Source: a bacterium
Lineage (GTDB): Bacteria; Patescibacteriota; Patescibacteriia; JACQRZ01
DNA length: 64,000 nucleotides
NCBI GenBank assembly: GCA_023246095.1
Contig: JAHFJA010000001.1
Location: 1,062 to 65,061, forward strand
Direction: 5' to 3'
This document shows positions 36,167-46,552 of this stretch, piece by piece. A program made the translations under genes and the position numbers. The notes beneath the pieces are model-generated. The model had not been told where the DNA came from. It saw only the letters and a program-made list of their open reading frames with translations, and ran no database searches. Every line of letters starts with the position of its first letter. Position 1 is the stretch's first letter.

Positions 36167-38908
36167 TCACCCACAAAGTAGTGGCATTACAAGAATAAGT
36201 TGCTCATACAACATAACACACGCTAAACGTCGGGCCTTTTTGTAACTCGCATGAGCTATGGGATCCGACCGCACCACGCTACCATTAATGTTCGCTTGAG
36301 CGATTACTTCTGTAAAATTTCCAACTGCTTTTTCTTCATACACAACATCAAATCTATAGGTCTTTTTTAGATTATCCAATAAATTAAGATTCTGTTTGAA
36401 GGTTGGCGAGTCATAAAATAGATTTTCATCATTTGCTGTATATGCTCGTAATATTGCCAGTAGTTGTACTGAAGCCAGTTTGCGTGCAGTTACTGAATTT
36501 CCCCCATAAACAATATCTGTTTGAAATTGGTTTCCCATAAATGTCATGGAGGCCTGACCTGCAAAGATATCAGGCTGACCAAACTGAACCCGCGGATTTA
36601 CTTCAATCAAAGGTATAACACCAAAATGATTTAAAGCAAATGTATTGAGTTTACCAATGGGATCTTCTTCGAACACTTGTTTGGGAGCGTTAATTCTTTC
36701 AACTTTCATTGAACCAACTAACTGTGGTTGTTTAGTTTCAACTGATTGCTTTGAAAGATCGTCAACATCTGTTTTTCCTTTATCGGTCTTCTCTGTCTGC
36801 AAACCAGCTCTTTCCATAGCCCCCAAAAACATGTTCATTGTTGCCTGTGTTATTGTTTCTGACTCGAGGGAAAGTACTGATTGGATCATGTGTTTTCCTG
36901 TATGAAAAACACCAAATTGACGCCGCAGAAATCCCTCAAATATAGTTTTTTCACCGGAAATATATTTTAACCGCGAAATACTATACCCCCGCTCCTCCAG
37001 CTCCTCTTTTGCAAGTTTGAGCATTTCTCCTTTATTCCCAAGGGCAATCGTATAACGTACCTCTCTTTTTTCAACAAATGAAACCTCAATTTTTGCCCGT
37101 GTTACAATGTCTTTATTTGTAATCGTACTTTGTGATTCATTCGATCGAGCTGTTTTTAGGCTTTCCACAAGATACGGAGCTCTCATACGCTCTTCGTGGG
37201 TCAATGATTGAAGGATCTTTTCCCATGTCATCCCCAAAAAACGCATTGAAAGAATTTTTTGTTCTACGGCGTGATAGTACTGTGGAGCAGCGATAAGCCC
37301 ACCATTAAATACACAATATTGACCAAATATTCCCAAGACACTTGCAAGATTATGACGCCTACTCTGGAATACACCATCAACGACCAACAAATCTTCATTG
37401 GGTACACCTGAAAATCGCATTCCACGGCCAAGCGCTTGTTTCATTTTCCATTCAGAACCCAAACCGTATGGACGCAGCATTATGACAAGATTTATGTTTG
37501 GTATATTCAAACCCTCTCCGAGTTTTTCACAACTAAACATGAGAGTAATTTCGCCCTCCCTGAATTTTCTCATCTGTTCATCGAACGTCTCACGATCCAT
37601 ACTTCCGTCAACATATGATGCGCAAAAATGTTTTTGAGGTCCATACACCCTGTGTATAGCCGGCATAAGTTCTTTGTTGCACATGTCTGCATAGTATTGC
37701 GCGTCCGCCACGCAAACCGTAAACCCAATACCTTTGCGATCTATCACCCCAGTAGCCCCTAAATCACGTAACAATCGATCATCGCTAAGATATATCTCTT
37801 TGAGGACCTCAAATCCTAAATGAGGATTTTTACCAATGATTCTAGAAACGGAAACTTCATTAAGGATTGTTTGCGCTCCCCAACGCACAGCATCGGCTCC
37901 CGATATATCTATCTTTGTCCTTGCCTCGATCCAACGAACAGGTTTTAGTTGACCTTCTTGAATCAACTCAACCATGCTTTTGTGATAACTCAAAAACCTT
38001 TTGTAGTTTGCTCCAACCACTTGTACACCCTGATCTTCATCGGATACGACAGGATCAAAGAAAAAGTAAGGAGAACGCATTAAAGGACCTTGCACTGTTC
38101 CACTTACCCCGATACAAAATGCCGACGTTTTGTTAATGAGATCAGCAACACGTTCCGTAACATTGTGACATTCATCCAACAAAATCAAACCAATATTCTT
38201 CTTAAAGTTTTCAACAAACGTTTTCTCATTAAATCCATAATAGGTCATAAATGTAACAAGCGGATCTTTTACAAGTTCATCGCGATACTCTCTGGAAGTC
38301 AGGTTTCCACTCACCAGAGTTCTTATACTTGTATCCGGTATATCCTTTAACCAGAGACGCGCCTCACCAATATCCAATCCTGCACCATCGTTTTCCTCAT
38401 CAGATACTTCGTCAGGAGTAAAGAGAAACTGTTTTACTAGGTTCGTTCTTGAGGTAAGAACAAGAACTTGCTGTGTTAAACCATGTCGACGTATTGTATT
38501 TATGTAGGCGCGAACAAGTGCTCCTAGTAGCATAGATTTCCCTGCACCTGTTGGTATTTCAGCTGCCGGGCGTGTATAGCCCCGACGAAATACTTCACAC
38601 ACAGCTAAGATCATCTCTTTTTGAACAGGCCTCCAGGTTCAATTAATGCCAAATCTCATTGGATATTGAATATGTTGCAACTGTTCCAAAAAAACATTCA
38701 TGAGCGGTATTATCATTTGCTGATAGTTCTTTTTAAAATCAGAATAGACTTTCGATTTACCGCTTACATTTTGAGGCTTGTTTGCGTTTTCCAATATAAT
38801 ATTGGCGATCTCGTACAGTTTCCTGTCACCTCGTATATCAAAGCCATAACCCGCGGATACCCGCACTAAATTTGTCAATGCACTAATGTTATTACCCAGT
38901 AGAGCCAT
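36167..38908 (-). CDS. SF2 (ResIII/YejH-like) helicase with two C-terminal dsRBD-like domains, interrupted by one in-frame TGA at 38639-38641
   Basis: AAGGAGG SD at ATG 38908; Q motif WRPVQKE; PTGAGKS; DECH; LGEGLNIP; QALGRGMR; C-terminal DPIGKLN..ARKLASVQLL and ..SYKKARRLACVML. Confidence 0.75.
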
Positions 38909-39002
38909 GCAAAAAACCTCCTTCACGATATATACCACAAATTACCCCTAAAGGGCGCTCACACAATACCATACTTTTCAGAAAAGTCAAGTGGCATCGA
39001 AC

Positions 39003-39031
39003 AAAAAAAGAGTGTGTTATATACACACTCT
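39003..39031 (-). terminator. Intrinsic terminator after the RNB gene
   Basis: Minus strand GAGTGTGT-ATATA-ACACACTC-TTTTTTT. Confidence 0.7.
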
Positions 39032-39069
39032 CGTCGTTATTTTTCTACATTTTAAGACAAATAGAGGCA

Positions 39070-40878
39070 TTAATGCGGCGGAAGCATTGAGAGCACTGAC
39101 TCCGCTGCAAAATGTTCTGCATTTTTTTTCGTACCAGCAGAACAGGGGTTTGATTGATATCGTTTTTCAGGCGTAGAGACAGTCACCACAATAGTAAAAA
39201 TCGACCGATGTGGAGATCCTTTTTGTGAAATCACTTCGTACGCAGGACGGTTCCATTTTTTCTGTTGACATAATTCCTCCAATCGACCCTTAAAGTTGTC
39301 GGATGGCGGTGTGTTAAGTGATGGTAAAACTTCTGGAATCAAAAAATCATTTTTATTGTCTTCTTTTTCACTTTCAACACCAATTATTGTACCGATTAAA
39401 CTCACGGCGGCAGATTGCCGAGAATTTTTTAATGTATTTCCAATACACACCTTCGAACTGCACATATTGTCATTAAAAACTATACTTGCCATACTGGAAA
39501 ATCCTCCAACAACCTCATATGATTCGTATTCTAAATTGGCAAAGGGGATAGATTTATCCTGACAAGCCATTACGAGTGTCGAGACGGCTTTTTCTTTATG
39601 ATTCATCAAATGCGAAAATATCTCACTACGTATACGTTTCCACACTAAAGAATCAAATTGCAAGGTTTTAAACAATATGAAGTAAATATCTTGCACAGGC
39701 AAATCTCCTGTGTTAAGACGCCTAATTACTTCATCTTCCAGAGGTTGAGGTGGCTCAACGTTTTCGCATGCAACACGGACTACCCTATGAAACTCAACGG
39801 TACTTGCATCCTGAATTTGACTATCCTGTAAGAGCTGTTCTCCCTGCTCGCGCCTCTTAAATGCAAAATGTTCGTCTTTTTTCATGCGTTCCTGATCCAT
39901 CAACGTATTCAGATTTATCGCAAGTGTATCCAATTCTTCCGGTCTATAGGGAGTAGGATCATTTTGCAGAACTGCAAGCAAAATCCTTTGATTTACCAAA
40001 TCAGCATACCTACGGATAGGTGATGTAAAATGGCAATACACAGGAAGGTTTAACGCAAAATGGCCACGTACAAAAGAATCATAAGTCGCTCTGTTCAGAA
40101 TCAGACTGAATCGATGGCGCAAAGTCTCCGGATTCGATATAACAGAGCAAGCCCCCATGGATGCCAAATCTTCTCTCAGTATATCTCGATCTGACGCCAC
40201 AACATGTGCTGTGTGATTTCTATACAATGCTTGTGTTCTTTTCTGTACTAAATATTCTGCCACCATTTGATTGGTCAGAATCATAAACTCCTGAATAATC
40301 TGATATGCATTTATGGAATCAGGGGTATTTAGACGAATTAGTTGTCCATCCTCATTGCACACCCATCCATCCTGCATATCATACATCACAAGTGCTCCAG
40401 ATTCAGAACGTTTTCGTGCTAATCCTTTTGCAAGGGTATTCGCCACATGCAACATTGCATAGAACTCAAATGTAGTATCCTTAAGACTCTCATTCACTTG
40501 TTTATAATTTAACTTTGCCACACTCTTTCCATGTGTTTGCTGTATATCTACAGAACGACACACAAAATCTTTATCAATACCCATAGTCACCTGAAAAACG
40601 CGCTTTGAGTCGTCAGGTAGTAAACTTAACTCTCCCTCGGATAGTTCCCTTGGAAGCATTGGACTACTCCCAGCTGAAGAATACCTTGTGAACCCCTTTC
40701 TTGAAGCTTTCATGTCAATCAATGTCCCCTTCTTCACAGCAAAAGCAACATTCGCAATGGAGACGGAAAGACAATAGCGCCATCCGTCCACATTTTCTTC
40801 AACCCAGATAGCATCATCAAGATCTTTTGACGACTCACCGTCTATAGTTACCCCAATAACATTTACGTCTTCTGTCAT
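39070..40878 (-). CDS. RNase II/R catalytic (RNB) domain fused to two dsRBDs; no CSD or S1 domain
   Basis: TIDGESSKDLDDAI, PMLP..LS, IQEFMILTN, HFAL..YCHFTSPIRRYADL; NFKGRLEELCQ..P.YE..G.PH..F..TKKNAEHFAA. Confidence 0.85.
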   Translation of the reverse strand: MTEDVNVIGVTIDGESSKDLDDAIWVEENVDGWRYCLSVSIANVAFAVKKGTLIDMKASRKGFTRYSSAGSSPMLPRELSEGELSLLPDDSKRVFQVTMGIDKDFVCRSVDIQQTHGKSVAKLNYKQVNESLKDTTFEFYAMLHVANTLAKGLARKRSESGALVMYDMQDGWVCNEDGQLIRLNTPDSINAYQIIQEFMILTNQMVAEYLVQKRTQALYRNHTAHVVASDRDILREDLASMGACSVISNPETLRHRFSLILNRATYDSFVRGHFALNLPVYCHFTSPIRRYADLVNQRILLAVLQNDPTPYRPEELDTLAINLNTLMDQERMKKDEHFAFKRREQGEQLLQDSQIQDASTVEFHRVVRVACENVEPPQPLEDEVIRRLNTGDLPVQDIYFILFKTLQFDSLVWKRIRSEIFSHLMNHKEKAVSTLVMACQDKSIPFANLEYESYEVVGGFSSMASIVFNDNMCSSKVCIGNTLKNSRQSAAVSLIGTIIGVESEKEDNKNDFLIPEVLPSLNTPPSDNFKGRLEELCQQKKWNRPAYEVISQKGSPHRSIFTIVVTVSTPEKRYQSNPCSAGTKKNAEHFAAESVLSMLPPH

Positions 40879-41037
40879 TTATTATTCCTCCATCACACAT
40901 TTTAAATGTACTCATTCACACACGAGCCTAGCAGAAAATATATAAAAAGTCAAGAGTTTGCATGAGACTAAAAACACAGTACTAGAACGTGAACGAGTTT
41001 CTTGGTCACTACCACAGCCAGTTAATTTTTACCTCTT

Positions 41038-41094
41038 TTCATCACTTCTTGGGCAACCGGTGGTCAACCGGACACTGAGTGGGAAGTAATGGAA
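41038..41094 (+). ncRNA. Unrecognised structured RNA motif, copy 2
   Basis: Same core as 35963-36013; followed by hairpin plus T-run at 41099-41130. Confidence 0.5.
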
Positions 41095-41197
41095 TATTAA
41101 AAAAGCTCACTATTTTATTAGTGGCTTTTTATATTTTGTTTTTTACTTATTCGTCGTACCCTATAGCTACTTAGATATCTAGAGATCTATAACCAGC

Positions 41198-41845
41198 TTA
41201 ATATTGGTCTGGAAGTCTCTTTTTTATCTCCTTATATGTAATATCTATAAGAGAAAAAATCTCATTTTCAACAGCATTTAAAAGTGTACTTACGAGAATA
41301 GGTATTGTCTCTTCCCCTGGTTTAAACTCTGCAAATTGATACAGCTTTAATCTATTAACAATTTGATTTTTATATTTATCTACTTCCTTTATCCAGCCTT
41401 TAATAATAGGAATGTCCGTAAACAACATTGAACGATAATCAATCTTAAGTGTCTTTTCTATTAATGAATTGTCGGGATAAAAATCCAATCGCTCCACAAA
41501 ATCAGAAAAAATTACACCTTGTTGACGTAACTCACCATATGACACGTGTTCACTTGTGGTAACGAAGAATTTTCCATAGCCATGCCAACATCTCCATGTC
41601 CTAGCTCCAAGTTCATAGATATCACTAAAATGATAAATAAGAATGTGATTGCTTAGCTTGTGTATTTTTCTCAGTAGATGTAGAGCTTCAAAGACTTCCA
41701 CATTTGCAATGTCTAAGAGTATAACATCAGATTGTGTTACATCTTCAAAGGAATCTGAAACAGTTTTTCTTATACACTCATGACCTTCATGTGTTGTACT
41801 CGTATTTCCACTTGGTTTGGACGTAACAACAATAAACTTTCTCAT
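41198..41845 (-). CDS. Hypothetical protein
   Basis: AT-rich 215-aa ORF; AAGGAGG SD; promoter TTGACT-17-TATACT at 41945-41973. Confidence 0.65.
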   Translation of the reverse strand: MRKFIVVTSKPSGNTSTTHEGHECIRKTVSDSFEDVTQSDVILLDIANVEVFEALHLLRKIHKLSNHILIYHFSDIYELGARTWRCWHGYGKFFVTTSEHVSYGELRQQGVIFSDFVERLDFYPDNSLIEKTLKIDYRSMLFTDIPIIKGWIKEVDKYKNQIVNRLKLYQFAEFKPGEETIPILVSTLLNAVENEIFSLIDITYKEIKKRLPDQY

Positions 41846-42126
41846 TTATTATCCTCCTTCGTAAGGAAACTTATAATTGTATATTTTTCAAAGGTCTTTT
41901 TTGTTTTCTACCCAAAACACCAAAATCAACCTTCCATGGCCATAAGTATACCATAAAACTATAAATAAGTCAAGCGTTTTATAGACATTTTTTCCTTATA
42001 AATGTAGCCTTTTCTGCAATTAACGTATTTGCTTGTAAATATAAAAAACAGACTAAAGGGCTGCGAAATCAACGGTTTTGACGATTTTTGATCAAAAAAC
42101 AGGGCTTTAAACCCTGCTTCTCGAAA

Positions 42127-42198
42127 TAGTCCCACGGGGAATCGAACCCCGATTTGGTCCGTGAGAGGGACCCGTCCTAACCGTTAGACGATGGGACC
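42127..42198 (-). tRNA. tRNA-Glu (anticodon CTC), CCA not encoded
   Basis: Acceptor GGTCCCA/TGGGACT; GGTCC-CTCTCAC-GGACC; CGGGG-TTCGATT-CCCCG; terminator hairpin near 42094-42116. Confidence 0.95.
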
Positions 42199-42202
42199 AA
42201 AT

Positions 42203-43495
42203 TTACGCCCACTCGGACGTTTGTCGCACCAACAACTCACTTGCTTTCTCTGGCTCTGCCATTACCTCTTTTACCACATACTCCATCCGCATTCCTTGGG
42301 AACCCTTCACCAACACAACGTCTCCTTTTTTCATGAGATTTTGAACCGTTTTACGCGCGTCAACCGATGTATCAAAACACAAGACTGATGATTTGTCAAA
42401 GCCTGCCTGTGTTGCTGAGTCGGCAATAATGCGACCAAACGATCCGACAGTCACCAGCTTATCAATTCCCAAAGACGCAATGAGCTCCCCTATCTCTTTA
42501 TGCGAGCTTTCTGTAAAACTACCCAACTCAAGCATATCCCCCAATACGGCAATTTTGCGTGCGCCCTGCACGACCTGAAAACCCGCCAAGGTTTCCAACG
42601 CTGCTCGTAGAGCCAAGGGGGACGAGTTATATGTATCATCAATCAATAAGGTGTGCTTGATTCCTGATAAAACATTCATGCGACCCGGTGGACTTTGATA
42701 TCCTCGCAAGCTCGAAGCAATTTCAGAAAGAGACATGTCATAGACGACCCCTACGCACGCAGCTGCCGCAATACCATACACATGCTGCATACCGATAATA
42801 TTAGGGAGATCCACGTCAGCGTCCTGCCCTTTATAGGACAGCTTCGCGACCATACCAATAAGCTGCTTATCATCGGGGTCAAACGAATTGTGTTGATGAA
42901 CGTGTTCGATCTTCATGTCCGCATTTGCGGATGAGCCAAACGTCATTACTCGTGCTTTGGTTGTCGGCTCCAAAGCCATAACTTTCTCATCATCAGCGTT
43001 AAGAATCGCCCATGACTGCGAGTTGGACAACTTTTTTATCAATGTCCCTTTTTCTTTAATTAGTTTTTCTAAGGTACCGAACCCTTCAAGGTGTGCAGGC
43101 GCAATCGTTGTCATCACCGCAACTTTCGGCATAGCGATATCCATCAAATATGCAATATCTCCGGGCTTGTCTGCACCCATTTCAAGGATAAGAATCCAAG
43201 GATAATTTTTTGCATAGTGAAATAACAACCCCAATCCTTTCCACAGCAATGAAATCCATTTAGACACCGATCGCCCTGCCGTGGACGAACCAAGAATGAC
43301 TAATGGCAAACCGATCTCGTTGTTATAGTTCCTCGATGCAGCACGCACGAGGTAATTCGTCTTCAATACTGTAGCAATCGCTTCTTTTGCGATTGTTTTA
43401 CCCACACTTCCAGTAATACCAACGATATCAGGCTTATACTTGCGTAATATCGCTCGACTCAAACTAAACAGTAATCGTTGGATGATTGTTTTCAT
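42203..43495 (-). CDS. murF: UDP-MurNAc-tripeptide D-Ala-D-Ala ligase
   Basis: GITGSVGKT, NNEIGLP, LEMG, DDTYNSSP, LGDMLELG, LVKGS. Confidence 0.93.
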   Translation of the reverse strand: MKTIIQRLLFSLSRAILRKYKPDIVGITGSVGKTIAKEAIATVLKTNYLVRAASRNYNNEIGLPLVILGSSTAGRSVSKWISLLWKGLGLLFHYAKNYPWILILEMGADKPGDIAYLMDIAMPKVAVMTTIAPAHLEGFGTLEKLIKEKGTLIKKLSNSQSWAILNADDEKVMALEPTTKARVMTFGSSANADMKIEHVHQHNSFDPDDKQLIGMVAKLSYKGQDADVDLPNIIGMQHVYGIAAAACVGVVYDMSLSEIASSLRGYQSPPGRMNVLSGIKHTLLIDDTYNSSPLALRAALETLAGFQVVQGARKIAVLGDMLELGSFTESSHKEIGELIASLGIDKLVTVGSFGRIIADSATQAGFDKSSVLCFDTSVDARKTVQNLMKKGDVVLVKGSQGMRMEYVVKEVMAEPEKASELLVRQTSEWA

Positions 43496-45342
43496 TTGTT
43501 TTTTTGATGAATAGGAGGTACGTCTTCTTGATAATCGTACGGAACCTCATAGTAGGTAAGTAAAAATTTTGCGAGATCCCCAAACAACGGTGCGGCGGAA
43601 CTCTCAGCCCACGTAACATCTCTTGGGTGATCGATTTTGACCAACATCGCAAAACGAGGGTTATTTACCGGCGCAAAACCCGCAAAAGAACCGATCGTTA
43701 CTCCTGATTGATACCCCCGACCATCGGCGCGCGCAACTTCTGCTGTTCCCGTCTTTCCCGCCACATAATAATGCTTTACCGCTGCTTGTTTACCATGTCC
43801 TTTTTCGACTACAGTCACCATCATACCCCCTGTCAACGCAGCAGTACGAGTAGATATGACGCGACCGCTACATTTTCCATCTTTGTCTTTTACCCTGCAT
43901 GCTTCTTTTGGCTCAGTTTTTACTTTCGTGCCATCTGGCTTGATTACTTCATCAACAATATATGGTTGCATCATGACTCCGCCATTTGCAATTGTAGAAA
44001 ATGCGCTGGTAATCTGTAATGGTGTCATACTGATTCCCTGACCAAACGACGCAGTAGCAAGATAGATTTCAGGTTTTTCATCGAGCGATGCAATATTGCC
44101 TCCAACCTCTGAATCAAGTTCGATACCGGTTGGCGCCCCAAAGCCATATGATTTTAAATATTTTCTAAAATCTTCCAGACCAACCAACTTCGAAATAAAC
44201 GCAGTGCCAGTGTTGAGAGACTTATCGAGCACATCGGTCATCGTCTGAATTCCGTGAGCCTTTCGATCGGAGTTGCGGATCGTATACTTTCCAAACACTA
44301 ATTCACCGGTATCATTGTAGGTAGTATCAGGCGACACTTTACCCAAATCAATACCAATAGACACTGTTATCGGTTTAAAAATAGAGCCCGGTTCATAAGG
44401 GGTGAAAATCGCAGGATTAGGCAATGTCGACAAAGGCACCTTTCCATACTCACTAGGATCAAAATCAGGCGTACTACACATAGCTACGATGGCACCAGTC
44501 TGAGGATTCATTATGACAACACTTCCCCCATCAGCTCCATGTTGCTTTACCCATGCTTTAAGCTTAGTACAAGCCGTCGTCTGAACTACACGATCAATAG
44601 TCAACACTAAATCACTACCATCGACCGCCTCGGTAACGTGTTTCTCCCCAATCGGAATAAGCGCACCCACCACGTCCGTTTCAAATTTCAACGATCCTTC
44701 TCGTCCTTTTAAAATGTCGTTGTAATATCCTTCCAGACCGTACTTTCCTTTATTCTTATCAGCATTACTCACGTACCCAAAAATCTGTCCCCCTAGTTCA
44801 TTTTCAGGATAAAATCGATATGTTTCTTCACTAAAGTACAATCCTGTTAAATTCAATGCTTTGATCTGATCTACTTGTTCGTCGGTGAGCTTTTTTTTTA
44901 AAATGATATAGGGTACATCAGGTTTCGAAAGCTTATCTTTAAGTTCATTGGTATCCACCTGAAGGATCGACGCGAGACTATTTGCCATGCCTTGAGGGTC
45001 GGAAATAATACGCGGATTAGCGGTAAGCATTTGGTACTGCCGATCAGTCACGGCAGGAAACAATCGTTCCCCTGCAACACTTAACAAGTAAGGCTGGTCA
45101 GACTGCTCACTGCCTCGTTCACGAAGGTAAATATTGCCACGCTTTGGATACAATTTTTGAAAAAAAACATGCTCCCCGTCCGCCAACGCTTTATATTCGG
45201 TATAACTCAAGACCTGGAGATTGAATAATCGCAAACCAAGCAAACAAGCGATCACCACAACAAACGCCTTGAGTGCACTCAAACGATCAACAGAAAACCA
45301 CCTCTTCTTTGGCTTCGATGTGGTAGTAGATTCCTCAGGCAT
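43492..45342 (-). CDS. ftsI: Class B penicillin-binding protein
   Basis: EPGSIFK (SxxK), SLN (SxN), KTGTA; dcw context. Confidence 0.9.
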   Translation of the reverse strand: MPEESTTTSKPKKRWFSVDRLSALKAFVVVIACLLGLRLFNLQVLSYTEYKALADGEHVFFQKLYPKRGNIYLRERGSEQSDQPYLLSVAGERLFPAVTDRQYQMLTANPRIISDPQGMANSLASILQVDTNELKDKLSKPDVPYIILKKKLTDEQVDQIKALNLTGLYFSEETYRFYPENELGGQIFGYVSNADKNKGKYGLEGYYNDILKGREGSLKFETDVVGALIPIGEKHVTEAVDGSDLVLTIDRVVQTTACTKLKAWVKQHGADGGSVVIMNPQTGAIVAMCSTPDFDPSEYGKVPLSTLPNPAIFTPYEPGSIFKPITVSIGIDLGKVSPDTTYNDTGELVFGKYTIRNSDRKAHGIQTMTDVLDKSLNTGTAFISKLVGLEDFRKYLKSYGFGAPTGIELDSEVGGNIASLDEKPEIYLATASFGQGISMTPLQITSAFSTIANGGVMMQPYIVDEVIKPDGTKVKTEPKEACRVKDKDGKCSGRVISTRTAALTGGMMVTVVEKGHGKQAAVKHYYVAGKTGTAEVARADGRGYQSGVTIGSFAGFAPVNNPRFAMLVKIDHPRDVTWAESSAAPLFGDLAKFLLTYYEVPYDYQEDVPPIHQKNK

Positions 45343-45451
45343 GTTAAAAAAACGTCAGTGAATAACAGGGTAGAATACCACGAGGACTATATTTGAGCAA
45401 AAATAAAAGAACTGCCTTTTACAGTTCTCTTTAATATTATTATATTGGTGT

Positions 45452-46063
45452 TTAATCGTCACCAAGAAGAGATGTCATTGCGACAAGGAAGCCAAGTGGG
45501 CCGAGGACTTCAAGTAATTCATGGCCCTTGCATTGTGCTCTACCACAACCTGGACAGACGTCTCCTGAAGTAGTTACAAGTTGCCATTTTTCATTAATTG
45601 AAAAAGCTTTTGCATTAACCACTGTTTCATCATCAAGAGTCGCAATCTGACTCAAAACAATATCAGCCTGAACAAGTTCGTCAACAATCTTCTTTTGATG
45701 CATCAGACTTCTTATTTCTCTTGCCTGTGAGATTCCAAAAGCTAATTTTTGCTTTTCAAACTCATTTTTGGTAAGAGTATAAGAAAGTTTTTCATCAAAT
45801 ACTTTTTGCTTAAGTGTTCCTAATTCTTCACTTAAGCTCCAGGATATGCCAACAAGTTGTTTTTGCTTTTCGGATAGTGTGCCAAGTACTTTTTCACCAT
45901 CCACAGCAGCGAGAGTAGGTGTTGCTTTTACAATAATTTCTGGTGTGACTTTGTCACACAATTTTTCCAACCAGTCAAAGACCATTATGTTCTCCATTTC
46001 GTACTTCCGTACTACTTTAATATCGATATAAAAACACACTACCACATTAATAAATTCTGTCAA
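45452..46063 (-). CDS. Hypothetical protein inserted in the dcw cluster (start probably near 45997)
   Basis: Coiled coil plus CPGCGRAQCKGH; own TTGACA promoter; hairpins on both sides. Confidence 0.6.
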   Translation of the reverse strand: MTEFINVVVCFYIDIKVVRKYEMENIMVFDWLEKLCDKVTPEIIVKATPTLAAVDGEKVLGTLSEKQKQLVGISWSLSEELGTLKQKVFDEKLSYTLTKNEFEKQKLAFGISQAREIRSLMHQKKIVDELVQADIVLSQIATLDDETVVNAKAFSINEKWQLVTTSGDVCPGCGRAQCKGHELLEVLGPLGFLVAMTSLLGDD

Positions 46064-46153
46064 GTCTTACACGACAAACAAAACAAGCAGCCTACAGAAA
46101 AGGGCTGCTTGTGTCGATAGGCGAAGAGTATTCTTAGATACGAAAACCTTGGT

Positions 46154-46513
46154 CTATCGAACGGCGACGGGTTGATCGGTGGAAATAAAGTCCAATTTAT
46201 CAGTAGAAACGAGTTTCATGCCATTCATCCTCTGTTGAACGTTTGACATAGACTGCTTTTCAATTGCATGAAGCTGCAGTTTTTCATTGTCTGCCTGCAG
46301 TTTTTCTACATTTCGCTGAAGTTCCTTTATACGATACCCCTTCGTCGACAAACCATTCACCTGCACGAGATACACTATCCCGAGGGTGGCGCTTGTCAAG
46401 AGAAGAATCGCATTAAGACGAGTTAATTTTTCACGAGAAATATGAGCCTTTCGAAGTTGAACAAGAGAAGAGGTAATTTGGCGCGCTTTTATTTTATAAA
46501 ACGAGTTTGACAT
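46154..46513 (-). CDS. ftsL: FtsL-like cell division protein
   Basis: Single TM then coiled coil, directly after rsmH. Confidence 0.7.
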   Translation of the reverse strand: MSNSFYKIKARQITSSLVQLRKAHISREKLTRLNAILLLTSATLGIVYLVQVNGLSTKGYRIKELQRNVEKLQADNEKLQLHAIEKQSMSNVQQRMNGMKLVSTDKLDFISTDQPVAVR

Positions 46514-46552
46514 GGCATGGGTATTTAATTTTTGAATTTGATGTAACTTTTT

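Noticed and set aside
38639-38641. Genetic code 25 (TGA = Gly) recoding
   Set aside because: mraZ and ftsI end in TGA overlapping the next ATG, and neighbouring long ORFs contain no internal TGA
36000-42198. Integrative island at tRNA-Glu
   Set aside because: No integrase and no duplicated tRNA 3' end seen; the tRNA keeps its adjacent terminator
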